DNA of 64,000 nucleotides from an uncultured Acidobacteriota bacterium (GCA_963721715.1 CAVRKI010000001.1:53824-117823); one strand, 5' to 3'; counted from the first letter of the stretch, positions 17,623-28,422 are shown. The notes: generated from the letters alone by a model not told the origin. Program-made: numbers and translations.

Positions 17623-20107
17623 GTGAGACGGTTGCTGTTTCGCGGCATCATCGTGGTGCTGGCCGCGCTGGTCCTGGTGGTGCTGGCGGGTGGGCTCTAC
17701 CTGCGATCCGAACTGCGCGCCAGCCTGGCCGCGCTCGAAGGCACGCGGCCGCTTGCGGGGCTGAGCGCGCCGGTCACGGTCGCCCGCGACGCGCTGGGCG
17801 TGCCCAGCCTGACGGGCGCGTCTCGCGTGGATGTCGCGCGCGCGCTGGGCTTCGTGCACGCGCAGGATCGTTTCTTCCAGATGGATCTGCAGCGGCGGCA
17901 GCCGGCGGGCGAGCTGGCCGCGCTCGTCGGGACCCGCGCGTTCGAGGTGGACGCGCAGGCTCGCATCCATCGTTTCCGTCATGTGGCGCGACAGGCCTAC
18001 GAGCGAGCGGATCCGGAATGGAAGGCGCTGCTCGACGCCTACGCGAGCGGCGTCAACGCGGGGCTCGCGCAACTGAGCGCGCCACCGTTCGAGTACCTGA
18101 TGCTCCGCACCGCCCCGGAGCCGTGGAAAGCCGAGGACTCGATCCTCACCGTCCTCGCGATGTTCGTGTCGCTCCAGGGACGCCAGGCGACATTCGAGCA
18201 GACGAACCAGCAGCTGCGCGCTGCGCTCCCCGACGCGATGTTCCGCTTTCTCGCCGAGGCCGGGTCCACCTGGGACAGTCCTGCGGCGGGCGATCCGCTC
18301 ACCCGGCCGCCGGTGCCCGGCCCGGAGGTGATCGACCTGCGCGGCCTGCAGGCCTCCGCGCCGCCCGACCCGGCCGCCACGCTCGCCAGGAACCATATCG
18401 TCGAACCGCCTTGCCGCACGCAGATCTTCAGCCTGTGCGTCGAGCCGTCGAGTGAATCCGCCGCGACCATCGGCTCGAACAACTGGGCGGTGGACGGCGC
18501 GCACAGCGCCAATGGCGGCGCCATCGTCGCCAACGACATGCACCTCGGGCTCGGCGTGCCGAACATCTGGTACCGCGTCTCGATGACCGCGCCCGATCCG
18601 GGCGATCCGCTGCAGCCGCTGCGGCTGGTCGGCGTCACATTGCCCGGCGCTGCCGGTGCTGGTGGTCGGCAGCAACGGTTCGGTGGCGTGGGGCTTCACC
18701 AACACCGGCGGTGACTGGAGCGACCTCGTGCGGATCGACGCCGACCCGCGCGATCCCACCCGCTACCTCACGCCCGATGGGCCGGTGCCCTTCGAGCTGA
18801 CGGAGGAAGCGGTCGCCATCAAGGATGCCCCCGCCCGCAGCATCACCGTCCGCTCCACCATCTGGGGCCCCATCGTCTGGAAGGATCACCAGGGCCGCGA
18901 GTACGCGCAGCACTGGGTGGCGCACGACCCGGACGTGGTGTCGAGCGACCTCAGCCGGCCGGAACGGGTGCGGACGGTGGACGAGCTGATGGTGGCGGTG
19001 GCCGGGATCGGCATGCCGAACCAGAACGTGGCGATTGCGGATCGGTCGGGGCGCATCGCCTGGACCGTGGGCGGGGCGCTGCCCCGTCGTCGTGGATTCG
19101 ATGGCTTCACCACCGAGTCGTGGGCGGACGGCACGCGGGGGTGGGACGGCTATCTCGTCGGCGGCGGAGTTCCCGAAGATCGTCGATCCCGAACTGGGCC
19201 GCATCTGGACGGCGAACGCGCCGGTCGTCGACGGCGTGAGGCTCGGCCTGATCGGCGATGGCGGCTACGCGGACGGCATCCGCGCGCGCATCATCCGCGA
19301 TCGCCTGATGACGATCGACCGTGCCACGCCGCGGCAGATGCTGGACGTGCAACTCGACAACAGCGCGCTGTTCCTGGATCGCTGGCGGGCGCTGCTGCTT
19401 GACGACGCTCGACGGCGCCAACGCGAAATCTCCCGTCGATCGCGCGTCGTCGCGAGCCGAGTTCCGCCGGCTCGTGGACACGACGTGGACAGGAAAGGCC
19501 TCGCCGGATTCGGTGGCCTATCGCCTGGTGCGCACGTTCCGCGCCGAGGTCGTGCGATCGGTGCTGACCTTCGTCACCGCTCCCGCGCGGGCGCAGGATC
19601 CGTCGTTCGACTACTCGCGCTCGATGCGCACGGAGGGACCAGTGTGGGCGCTCGTCTCGCACCAGCCGATGCACCTGCTCGACCCGCGCTTTGCCTCGTG
19701 GGACGCGCTGCTGCTCGATGCCGTGGACACCTCGATCGCCCAGCTCGCCGAGGGTGGCGCGCTCGGCCGATCGCACGTGGGGCGAGGTCAACCGCGCGCG
19801 CATCCTGCACCCGCTGGGATCCGCCGTGCCGCTCATCCATCGCTGGCTGAATATGCCGGAGGATCCACTCCCCGGAGACGTCTACACGCCGCGCGCGCAT
19901 TCGCCGGGCACGGGCCCGTCCGAGCGCATGGTGGTGTCACCCGGTCACGAAGAGGAAGGCATCCTCCACATGCCGACCGGACAGAGCGCGCATCCGCTCT
20001 CGCCCTACTTCGGCACCATGCATCGCGCGTGGGTGAACGGCGATGTGGTGCCATTTCTGCCCGGTCCAGCACAGCACACGCTGACGTTGACGCCGGGGGA
20101 GCAGTGA
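17623..20107 (+). pseudogene. penicillin acylase (Ntn hydrolase) family protein, 4 frameshifts
   Basis: GFVHAQDRFFQMD, the Ntn nucleophile site GSNNWAV, and LPG|LPVLVVGSNGSVAWGFTN. Pieces 17623.., 18656.., 19035.., 19321.. and 19691..20107 join when single bases at about 18649, 19157, 19397 and 19765 are removed. Confidence 0.85.
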
Positions 20108-20147
20108 GGTCTCGAGTCTTGGGTCTTGGGTCTTGGGCTTGGGGCTG
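20108..20147. repeat. heptamer array family A (GTCTTGG x3 core, then GCTTGGG)
   Basis: Starts right after the acylase TGA, in the convergent spacer with purK. Confidence 0.85.
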
Positions 20148-20167
20148 CCGGTTGGCCGCTGCCGATC

Positions 20168-21298
20168 TTACAGAACGCCGCGGGCGGCTAGCGCGCGTTC
20201 GGCGGCCAGTTCCACAGTGTCGGCGACGACGGTGATGTGACCCATCTTGCGGCCGGCGCGTGGGTGGCCCTTGCCGTACAGGTGCAGCGCCGCACCGGGC
20301 GTGGACATCGCCGCTTCCCAGTCGGGCTCGCCGTCTGCCCAGAGATCGCCCAGCAGGTTCACCATCGCCGCCGGGCGCGCCTGCTCGGTGGAGCCGAGCG
20401 GCAGTCCGCACACCGCGCGCACCTGCTGCTCGAACTGGCTGGTGGCGCAGGCTTCGATCGTCAGATGACCGGAGTTGTGCGGTCGCGGCGCGATCTCGTT
20501 CACCAGCAGCCGCCCGTCGCGGGTGACGAAGAACTCCACGCACAGCACCCCGACGTAGCCGAGCTCGTCGATGATGCGGCGTGTCAGCGCGGTGGCCTCG
20601 GCCGCCACCGCCGCCGGCACCCGCGCCGGCGCGATCGACAGATCGAGCACGTGATTGACGTGGCTGTTCTCGATGGCGCCGTAGTCCACCACGGCCCCGT
20701 CGAGCCCACGCGCGGCGACGACGGAGATCTCGCATTTGAAGTCGATCAGACGCTCGACGATCGCTTCCTGGTGCCCCACCAGTGCCCACACCGCCTCGGC
20801 CCGCTCGATCGACTCGATGCGGTGCTGGCCCTTGCCGTCGTAGCCGAACGCCGCCGTCTTGACGATGGCGGGGAGTCCCACCGTGCCGAGGGCGACGGCG
20901 AACTCGTCCATCGACTGCACGCGCGTGAATGGCGCCACCGGAAACCCGCGATCGGCGAGGAATGCCTTCTCCCGCGCGCGCTGCTGGGTGATGTGCAGCG
21001 ACGATCCGCTCGGCCGCACCGGCGCGAACTCCGCCGCGGCGTCGGCCGCGGCCGTCGAGACGTTCTCGAACTCGAACGTCACCACGTCGACGCCGCGGGC
21101 GAAGGCGCGGATGGCGTCGATGTCGTCGTAGTCGGCGGGAATCTCGAGGTCGGCCACCTGTCCGGTCGGGGTGTCGGAGTCCGGCGAGATCGTGTGCACG
21201 CGGTAGCCCATGCGGCGCGCGGCGAGCGCCATCATGCGGCCAAGCTGGCCGCCGCCCAACACGCCAATCGTGCCACCCGGCAGGACGATGCGGTTCAC
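20168..21298 (-). CDS. purK: 5-(carboxyamino)imidazole ribonucleotide synthase
   Basis: GTG 21298 opens [25 protein letters not shown]-grasp body, 376 aa. Confidence 0.9.
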   Translation of the reverse strand: MNRIVLPGGTIGVLGGGQLGRMMALAARRMGYRVHTISPDSDTPTGQVADLEIPADYDDIDAIRAFARGVDVVTFEFENVSTAAADAAAEFAPVRPSGSSLHITQQRAREKAFLADRGFPVAPFTRVQSMDEFAVALGTVGLPAIVKTAAFGYDGKGQHRIESIERAEAVWALVGHQEAIVERLIDFKCEISVVAARGLDGAVVDYGAIENSHVNHVLDLSIAPARVPAAVAAEATALTRRIIDELGYVGVLCVEFFVTRDGRLLVNEIAPRPHNSGHLTIEACATSQFEQQVRAVCGLPLGSTEQARPAAMVNLLGDLWADGEPDWEAAMSTPGAALHLYGKGHPRAGRKMGHITVVADTVELAAERALAARGVL

Positions 21299-21787
21299 GG
21301 GAGTTCCGCGGCGCGCACCTGCGAGGTCTGGTGCTCGCGGAACGCGCGGAGCTTGTCGGCGCAGCTCGGGGCGGCTGGTCGCGAGAATCGCCACCGCGAG
21401 CAGGCCCGCGTTCCTGGCGCCGGCCTTGCCGATCGCGAGCGTGCCCACCGGCACGCCGCCCGGCATCTGCACGATCGACAGCAGCGAGTCGAGCCCCTGC
21501 AGCGCGGCGCTCTGGACCGGGACGCCCAGCACCGGGACGATGGTGTGCGCGGCGACCATGCCGGGCAGATGCGCGGCGCCGCCGGCGCCGGCGATGATCA
21601 CCTGGATGCCGCGCGCCTCGGCGCCCTGCGCGAACTCCGCCATCCACATCGGCGTGCGATGCGCCGACACCACCGCCTTCTCGTACGGGATGCCGAAGAA
21701 CTCCAGCTCCGTGACCGCGTGCGACATCGTCTCCCAGTCGGAGGTCGAGCCCATGATGACGGCGACGAGCGGTGAGGGCGATGACAT
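21295..21787 (-). pseudogene. purE: 5-(carboxyamino)imidazole ribonucleotide mutase, frameshift near the 3' end
   Basis: [35 protein letters not shown]. An extra base at about 21361 fuses the ORF to the purK frame. The corrected frame reads ..[24 protein letters not shown], with TGA 21295-21297 overlapping the purK GTG (GTGA). Confidence 0.85.
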
Positions 21788-21800
21788 GGATCGCGAGTGA

Positions 21801-21813
21801 GCAAGTATATTGC
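21801..21813. promoter_or_regulatory. dyad GCAA-N5-TTGC in the purE / LysR-regulator divergent spacer
   Basis: This is the only AT-rich patch in the 44-nt spacer (GCAAGTATATTGC). It is compatible with a LysR-type T-N11-A site. Confidence 0.3.
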
Positions 21814-21831
21814 AGGTGGACAGCGTCACTC

Positions 21832-22758
21832 ATGGAATGGCTCAACTACCACCACCTGCTGTACTTCTGGATGGTCGCCCGCGAGGGCAGCATCGCCCGC
21901 GCCGGTGAACAGCTGCGCCTGGCGCAGCCGACCATCAGCGGACAGATCCGCATGCTGGAGGAACAACTCGGCGAGAAGCTGTTCCAGCGCTCGGGCCGCA
22001 ACCTCGTGCTGACCGATGTCGGGCGGCTGGTCTACGAGTACGCCGATCAGATCTTCGCGCTCGGGCGCGAGATGCTGGACACGCTGAAGGATCGCCCGAC
22101 GGGAAGGCCGATGCGGTTCCATGTCGGCGTCACCGACGAAGTCTCGAAGATCATGGCCTACCGGTTCCTGCAGCCGGCGCTGTCGATGCCGTCGCCGGTG
22201 TTCATGGTCTGCCGCGAGGGCCCGCTCGATCGGCTGCTCGGCGATCTGGCGATTCACGCCCTCGACCTGGTGCTGGCCGATACGCCGATGGCGTCCACGA
22301 TCAAGGTGAAGGCCTACAGCCATCCGCTGGGCGACTCGCCGATCTCGATCTGCGCCACGCCGGCGCTGGCCGCGCAGTACCGCAAGGGCTTTCCGCGCTC
22401 GCTGCACGGCGCGCCGTTCCTGATGCCGACGGAGACCAAGTCCCTGCGCCGCGCGCTCGAGCAGTGGTTCGACAAGGAGAACATCCGTCCGCGGCTCGCC
22501 GGCGAGTTCGACGACTCGGCGCTGCTGAAGACGTTCGGCCAGGCCGGCGCCGGGCTGTTCGCGGTGCCCACCGCGATTCAGGATGAAGTCGCGCGTCAGT
22601 ACGGCGTGGCGGTGGTCGGGCAGCTGGACGAGGTCCGCGAGCGCTACTTCGCGATCTCGGTGGAGCGACGGCTGAAGCATCCCGCGGTGCTCGCAATCTC
22701 GGAAGCCGCGCACGAGCTGTTGGCGCCACCCGCGAAGAAGAGCGCGCGGGGGACGTAA
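21832..22758 (+). CDS. LysR family transcriptional regulator (NhaR-like)
   Basis: ATG 21832 opens MEWLNYHHLLYFWMVAREGSIARAGEQLRLAQPTISGQIRMLEEQLG (wHTH), followed by a LysR substrate domain. Confidence 0.85.
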   Translation: MEWLNYHHLLYFWMVAREGSIARAGEQLRLAQPTISGQIRMLEEQLGEKLFQRSGRNLVLTDVGRLVYEYADQIFALGREMLDTLKDRPTGRPMRFHVGVTDEVSKIMAYRFLQPALSMPSPVFMVCREGPLDRLLGDLAIHALDLVLADTPMASTIKVKAYSHPLGDSPISICATPALAAQYRKGFPRSLHGAPFLMPTETKSLRRALEQWFDKENIRPRLAGEFDDSALLKTFGQAGAGLFAVPTAIQDEVARQYGVAVVGQLDEVRERYFAISVERRLKHPAVLAISEAAHELLAPPAKKSARGT

Positions 22759-22800
22759 TCCGGCCCGGCCCCGTCTCCGGTTTCCGGGGTCCCGGGACGA

Positions 22801-22842
22801 ATCGATCCTGATCCCTGATCCCTGATCCCTGATCCCTGTTTC
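22801..22842. repeat. heptamer array family B (CTGATCC x4 exact, plus flanking variants)
   Basis: ATCGATC CTGATCC x4 CTGTTTC. Bracketed by the 8-nt direct repeat GTTTCCGG (22780-22787 and 22838-22845). Confidence 0.9.
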
Positions 22843-22859
22843 CGGTGGACAATGCTGCC

Positions 22860-24242
22860 ATGACCAAGCGGCTCATCTGTGCGGCTGCCGTGGCGGCCGC
22901 GATCGGCACCGGGGCCGGCTTCAGCGGCAGCACCGTGACGGCCCAGGCCCCTGCCGAACCCACGCCGTCGACGGGCCTCACCGTGCCCTACACGGAGTTC
23001 ACGCTGGCCAACGGCCTGCACGTCATCCTCCACCAGGACAAGACCGTGCCCGTGGCCGCGGTCAACGTCTGGTACCACGTCGGCTCCGGCCGCGAGAAGC
23101 CGGGGCGCACCGGCTTCGCGCACCTGTTCGAGCACGTGATGTTCGAGGGCTCCGAGCACGTCAAGGAAGGCGAGTTCGACAGCTGGCTCGAGGCCGCCGG
23201 CGGCAACAACAACGGCTCGACCACGGAAGACCGCACCAACTACGTGACCGACGTCCCCACCAACGCCCTCGAGCTGGCGCTGTTCCTCGAGAGCGATCGC
23301 ATGGGCTATCTGCTGCCGACGCTCGATCAGACCAAGCTCGATCGCCAGCGCGACGTCGTCAAGAACGAGAAGCGGCAGCGCGTCGACAACGCGCCCTACG
23401 GGCAGGCGTTCATCGAGCTGAACGCCATGCTCTACCCGAAGACGCATCCCTACAGCTGGCCGGTGATCGGCTCGATGGAAGATCTCTCGGCGGCGACGCT
23501 GCCGGACGTGGTCGAGTTCTTCAAGACCTACTACTCGCCGAACAACGCCAGCCTGGTGGTGGCCGGCGACATCGACATCGCCGCGACGAAGACCCTGGTC
23601 GAGAAGTGGTTCGGCGGCATCCCGCGCGGACCCGAGGTGCCGCCGCTGGTGGCGCCCCCGGTGGCGCTGACGGAAGTGGTCCGCAAGACGATCACCGACA
23701 AGGTGCAGCTGCCCCGCCTCTACCTGGCGTGGCCGACGCCGGCGTTCTACGCCCCGGGCGACGCCGCCATGGACGTGGTGTCGAGCGTGCTGACCGGCGG
23801 CAAGAACTCGCGGCTCTACAAGCGCCTCGTCTACGACCTGCAGATCGCGCAGGACGTCACGGCCGCGCAGCAGTCGCAGTCGCTCGGCAGCGCGTTCCTG
23901 ATCATGGCCACCGCGCGGCCCGGCCAGTCGCTCGACAAGATTCGCGAGATCATCGACGAGGAGATCGCGAAGCTGAAGCAGGCGCCGCCCGAGATGCGCG
24001 AGGTGACGCGCGCGGTCAACCAGTTCGAGTCGTCGTTCTACAACCGGATGGAGCGCACCGGCAGTTTCGGCGGCAAGGCCGATCAGCTGAACGCCTACTA
24101 CACCGCCACCGGCACCCCGGACTACTTCCAGGAGGACCTCGCGCGCTATCAGGCGCTGTCCCCCAACGACATCCAGTCGGCCGTCGCACGCTTCCTGCCT
24201 GCCGACCGCCGCGTGGAACTGACCGTCGTCCCGGCCAAGTGA
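22860..24242 (+). CDS. M16 family metallopeptidase (pitrilysin-like, catalytic)
   Basis: Signal peptide MTKRLICAAAVAAAIG and inverted zincin motif HLFEHVMFEGS (HxxEH). Confidence 0.9.
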   Translation: MTKRLICAAAVAAAIGTGAGFSGSTVTAQAPAEPTPSTGLTVPYTEFTLANGLHVILHQDKTVPVAAVNVWYHVGSGREKPGRTGFAHLFEHVMFEGSEHVKEGEFDSWLEAAGGNNNGSTTEDRTNYVTDVPTNALELALFLESDRMGYLLPTLDQTKLDRQRDVVKNEKRQRVDNAPYGQAFIELNAMLYPKTHPYSWPVIGSMEDLSAATLPDVVEFFKTYYSPNNASLVVAGDIDIAATKTLVEKWFGGIPRGPEVPPLVAPPVALTEVVRKTITDKVQLPRLYLAWPTPAFYAPGDAAMDVVSSVLTGGKNSRLYKRLVYDLQIAQDVTAAQQSQSLGSAFLIMATARPGQSLDKIREIIDEEIAKLKQAPPEMREVTRAVNQFESSFYNRMERTGSFGGKADQLNAYYTATGTPDYFQEDLARYQALSPNDIQSAVARFLPADRRVELTVVPAK

Positions 24243-24254
24243 GGCGATAAGGAC

Positions 24255-25740
24255 ATGAGCCCCATGACACGTGTTGCCCCTCGCCGCCTCCGCCCCTGGC
24301 TGACGCTGCTGGTCGTCGCCGCCTCCGTTTCGATGCGCCGCGCAGGCGCCCGCGCAGTCGTCGCCCTCGTCTCCCGATCGCAGCCAGCCGCCAAAGCTGG
24401 GCGAACCGCCCGTGCTGCGGCTGCCGGCCATCCAGAAGACCACGTTGTCGAACGGCGTGCCGGTGTGGATCATCGAGCAGCACCGCGTCCCGCTGGTGCA
24501 GGTGAACGTGATCCTGCGCGGCGGCGGCAGCCTCGATCGCGCCGGCCGGTTCGGCATGGCGAGCCTGGTCGCCGGAATGCTCGACGAAGGCGCGGGCACG
24601 CGCTCGTCGCTGGAACTGGCCGACGCCGTCGATCTGCTCGGCGCCGATCTCTCCACCAGCAGCTCGTTCGACTACAGCGCGGTGCGGCTCTCGACGCCGG
24701 TGAAGAACCTCGCCGCGGCGATGCCGCTGCTGGCCGACGTCGTGTTGCGTCCCACGTTTCCGGAGGCGGAGCTCGATCGCCTGAAGAAGGAACGACTCAC
24801 CGCGCTGATGCAGGCGCAGGACAACCCCGCGGCGGTCATCGGCTATGCGTTTCCGCGCGTGGTGTTCGGACCTGCGCACCGCTACGGCACGCCCGCTGGC
24901 GGGTTGGCGCCGGCGATTCAGGCCATCACCGCGGACGAGGCGCGCGCGTTCTACAAGGAACACTACGTGTCCGGTCACGCGACGATCGTAGTCGTGGGCG
25001 ACGTGACGCCCGACGGCGTGAAGGCCGAACTCGAACGTGCCTTCGGCGCCTGGCCCGGCAGCGGTCCCCGCACCGCCGCCGCGGCGATGCCCGCGGCGCC
25101 GCAACTGACGAAGCGCGAGATCGTGCTCGTCGACAAGCCGGGGGCGGCGCAATCGCAGATTCGCATCGGCCTGGTCGGCGTGCCGCGCTCGACGCCGGAA
25201 TACGCCATCCTCGAGGTGCTGAACGCGGCCCTCGGCGGCTCGTTCACGTCGCGGCTGAACCTGAACCTGCGCGAGAAGAACGGCTACACCTATGGCGCCG
25301 GCTCGGCGTTCGACATGCGGATGTCGGCCGGCCCCTTCCTGGCGGCGGCTCCGGTGCAGACCGACAAGACCGCCGACGCGCTGCGCGAGTTCTTCGTCGA
25401 GTTCGACAACATCCTGAAACCGATGCCCGCGGCCGAGCTCGAGAAGACCCGCAACTACGTCGCGCTCAGCTTCCCCGGCGAGTTCGAGACCTCGCGCAAC
25501 CTGGCGCAGAAGCTCGAGGAGCTGGTCGTCTACAACCTGCCCGAGGACACCTATCAGACCTTCGTGCAGGCGGTGGAGAAGGTGACCGCCGCGGACGTGC
25601 AGAAGGCGGCGGTGAAGTACATCCAGCCCGACAGGATGGCGGTGGTGATCGTCGGCGATCGCAAGGCGATCGAGCCCGGCATCGCCGCGCTGAAGCTCGG
25701 GCCGATCCGCGTGGTACCGATCGAGGAGTTCTTCAAATAG
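24255..25740 (+). pseudogene. M16 family peptidase, non-catalytic partner, one frameshift in the signal-peptide region
   Basis: M16 fold without HxxEH. MSPMTRVAPRRLRPWLTLLVVAASVSM joins AAQAPAQSSPSS..PPVLRLPAIQKTTL (frame of ORF 24412..25740) if the base at about 24336 is dropped. Confidence 0.8.
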
Positions 25741-27031
25741 ACCCCACGATCGTCGTCGGCGCGGGCGCCGCCGGGCTGGTGGCGGCCATCTTCGCCGCCA
25801 GTGGTCCCGCCCCGGTGATCGTGCTCGAGCGCACCGCCGACGGCGGGCGGAAGATCCTCATCAGCGGCGGCGGCCGCTGCAACATCCTGCCCTCGCGGCT
25901 GGCGCCGGAGCGCTTCGTCACCGACTCGGCACCGCCGGTCATGCGCGGCATGCTGCGCGCCTGGCCGCTGGCCGCGCAGCGCCGGTTCTTCGAAGACGAG
26001 GTCGGCCTGCCGCTCGCGCTCGAGGCAGAGACCGGCAAGCTGTTCCCGCGATCGAACCGCGCCCGCGACGTGCGCGACGGCCTGGTCGCGCTGGCACGCC
26101 GGCGCGGCGTGCAGTTCCTCTTCGACACCATGGTCACCGGCATCAGCCGGGACGGCGAGCGATGGCGCGTCGATACCTCGGAGGGCACGCACCTGGCGTG
26201 CGCGCGTGGTGCTGGCCACCGGCGGGCTGTCGGTGCCGCTTGACCGGCAGCGACGGCATCGGGCTGCGGGTGGCCAGGGCCCTCGGCCACCGGATGCACG
26301 ACACCTATCCGGCGCTGACCCCGCTCACGCTCGAGGCGTCTGACGCGTCCGGCCTGCACCCCGCCCAGCTCGCGGGGGTCTCGCTCGATGTCCGGCTTCG
26401 CGCGAAAGGGCCGGGCCAGACATCCGAGTCGCACGGCGGATTCCTGTTCACGCATCGCGGCTACAGCGGCCCATCCGTGCTCGATGTCTCGCACGTGTGC
26501 GTGCGGAGCATCGAGGGCATCGGCGCGGAGCAGGCGATGGCTGCCGCGGCCGGCAGACCGCGCGACGCCGCGGCTCGGGCGACGCTGCGCGTCAGCTGGT
26601 CGGAGGTGGCGGCGGCCGAATGGGAGGCGAAGTTGCTGGAAGGCGACGTGCACGTCGCGTCGATCCTCGGCCGCGTGCTGCCGGAGCGCCTGGCCCTGTT
26701 CCTGCTCGCCTCGGCAGGCGTCCCGAGGGATCGACGGACCTCGTCGCTGCGCCGTCCGGAACGCACCGCCCTGGTTGAGCATCTAACGTCTTATGCCCTG
26801 CCGTGGACCGGCCACGAGGGCTACAAGAAGGCCGAGGTCACCGGCGGCGGCATCGACTTGTCGGAGGTGAATCCGCGCACGCTGGAGAGCCGGCATCACC
26901 GCGGTCTCCATCTCTGCGGTGAGATGCTGGACGCCTTTGGCCCGATTGGCGGTCACAATTTCACCTGGGCGTGGTCCACGGGGCGCGCGGCGGGAATGGC
27001 GGCCGCCGGCCGCCCATCTGCTTCGGAGTAA
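25740..27031 (+). pseudogene. HI0933/BaiN-type NAD(P)/FAD-dependent oxidoreductase, 2 frameshifts, no start codon found
   Basis: DPTIVVGAGAAGLVAAIFAA..ISGGGRCN, then VVLATGGLSVP (third frame), then LTGSDGIGLRVARALGH..GGHNFTWAWSTG (ORF 26162..27031). Extra bases at about 26205 and 26239. No in-frame ATG, GTG or TTG lies upstream of the GxGxxG. Confidence 0.75.
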
Positions 27032-27040
27032 TCTCACGCG

Positions 27041-27373
27041 ATGGACACCTACTATCACCCGCCCGACCTCGCCAGATTCGCCGACGTCGGCAAGGACGCG
27101 CCCGAACTGTGGGAGAAGTTCCTCGGCTGGTACAACGCCGTCTTCGCCGAGGGCGCGCTGACCGAGCGCGAGAAGGCGCTCATCGCTCTGGCCGTCTCGC
27201 ACGCCGTGCAATGCCCGTACTGCATCGACGCCTACACTACCGGCAGCCTCGAGAAGGGTGCCACGCCCGACCAGATGACGGAGGCCGTGCACGTCGCGGC
27301 CGCGATCCGCGGCGGGGCCTCGCTCGTGCACGCCGTGCAGATGCGCAACAAGATCGACAAGATCGGGATGTAA
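27041..27373 (+). CDS. carboxymuconolactone decarboxylase/AhpD-like protein (arsenosugar-biosynthesis-associated peroxidase-like type)
   Basis: 110 aa with the CxxC motif AVQCPYCIDAY. Ends 2 nt before arsS. Confidence 0.8.
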   Translation: MDTYYHPPDLARFADVGKDAPELWEKFLGWYNAVFAEGALTEREKALIALAVSHAVQCPYCIDAYTTGSLEKGATPDQMTEAVHVAAAIRGGASLVHAVQMRNKIDKIGM

Positions 27374-27375
27374 AG

Positions 27376-28422
27376 GTGGCACTGCCGACGCTGATCAACA
27401 CGCGCAGTCCGCTCGCCGCACCCTCGGCGCAACGGGCGCTCCTCGAGTCGCTGCCGCTGGCGCGGACGTTCGAGTCGGCACTGAACGAGGCCGGGCACCA
27501 GCCGCTGACGCGCGTCACGGCGCGCGTCCTGCAGGTGAATCTCGGCAAGCGCTGCAATCAGGCGTGCCATCACTGCCACGTGGACGCCGGCCCCGACCGC
27601 ACCGAGGTGATGCCCGACGAGGTGGTGGACGCGGTGCTGGAGGTGCTGGCACGGTCGGACATCCCCACGCTCGACATCACGGGCGGCGCCCCCGAACTCC
27701 ACCCGCGCTTTCGCGACATCGTCGCCCGCGCGCGCGGGATGGGACGGCAGGTGATGGATCGCTGCAATCTCACCATCACGACGCTGCCGAATTATGCCGA
27801 CCTGCCGGAGTTCCTGGCCGCGCACGGCGTGGAAGTCGTGGCCTCGCTCCCCTCGTACGCGGCGTCGCAAACCGACCGTCAGCGCGGCGAGGGCGTGTTC
27901 GAGGCCTCGCTTGGCGCGCTGCGTCACTTCAACGCGCTCGGTTATGGTCGCCCTGGCAGCGGCCTGGTGCTGAACCTCGTCACCAATCCGGTTGGCGCCT
28001 TCCTCCCCGCGAACCAGGCGTCGCTCGAACGCGACTGGACGCGCGAGCTGAAGCGGCGCTACGACATCACCTTCAATCGCCTGTTCACGATCACCAACAT
28101 GCCGATCAGCCGCTATCTCGAATGGCTGGAGCACTCCGGTAACGTCGCCGGCTACATGGAGAAGCTGGTGCAGGCGTTCAATCCGGCGACGGTGGACGGC
28201 CTGATGTGCCGCGACACCATCTCGGTGGGCTGGGACGGACGCCTGTTCGATTGCGACTTCAACCAGATGCTGGACCTGCCCGTGGACCGGCGTGGGCCGC
28301 GGACCATCACGGACCTCTTCGCTGCTCCTGCCCTGCTCTCGCACCCCGTGGTCACCGGCCCGCACTGCTTTGGCTGCACCGCCGGCGCCGGGTCAAGCTG
28401 CGGCGGATCGACGACGGCCTAG
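27376..28422 (+). CDS. arsS: arsenosugar biosynthesis radical SAM protein ArsS
   Basis: GTG 27376. CxxxCxxC motif (CNQACHHC), DITGGAPELHP, and the Cys-rich tail HCFGCTAGAGSSCGG. Confidence 0.8.
   Translation: MALPTLINTRSPLAAPSAQRALLESLPLARTFESALNEAGHQPLTRVTARVLQVNLGKRCNQACHHCHVDAGPDRTEVMPDEVVDAVLEVLARSDIPTLDITGGAPELHPRFRDIVARARGMGRQVMDRCNLTITTLPNYADLPEFLAAHGVEVVASLPSYAASQTDRQRGEGVFEASLGALRHFNALGYGRPGSGLVLNLVTNPVGAFLPANQASLERDWTRELKRRYDITFNRLFTITNMPISRYLEWLEHSGNVAGYMEKLVQAFNPATVDGLMCRDTISVGWDGRLFDCDFNQMLDLPVDRRGPRTITDLFAAPALLSHPVVTGPHCFGCTAGAGSSCGGSTTA

Noticed and set aside
17623-20107. Programmed ribosomal frameshifting or transcriptional slippage as the explanation for the split genes.
   Set aside because: There are 24 events in 14 unrelated genes. 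No slippery heptamer or downstream structure is present. The junctions fall at arbitrary sequence contexts inside conserved motifs.
20168-21829. A genuine bifunctional PurE-PurK fusion protein.
   Set aside because: The alternative frame gives a canonical PurE C-terminus and a GTGA stop/start overlap. The linker in the fused frame ([21 protein letters not shown]) looks like off-frame translation.
22780-22845. Insertion sequence or MITE interpretation of the direct-repeat-flanked heptamer arrays.
   Set aside because: There are no terminal inverted repeats and no transposase anywhere in the window, and the inserts are only 18-50 nt. They are kept as an open observation rather than called mobile elements.
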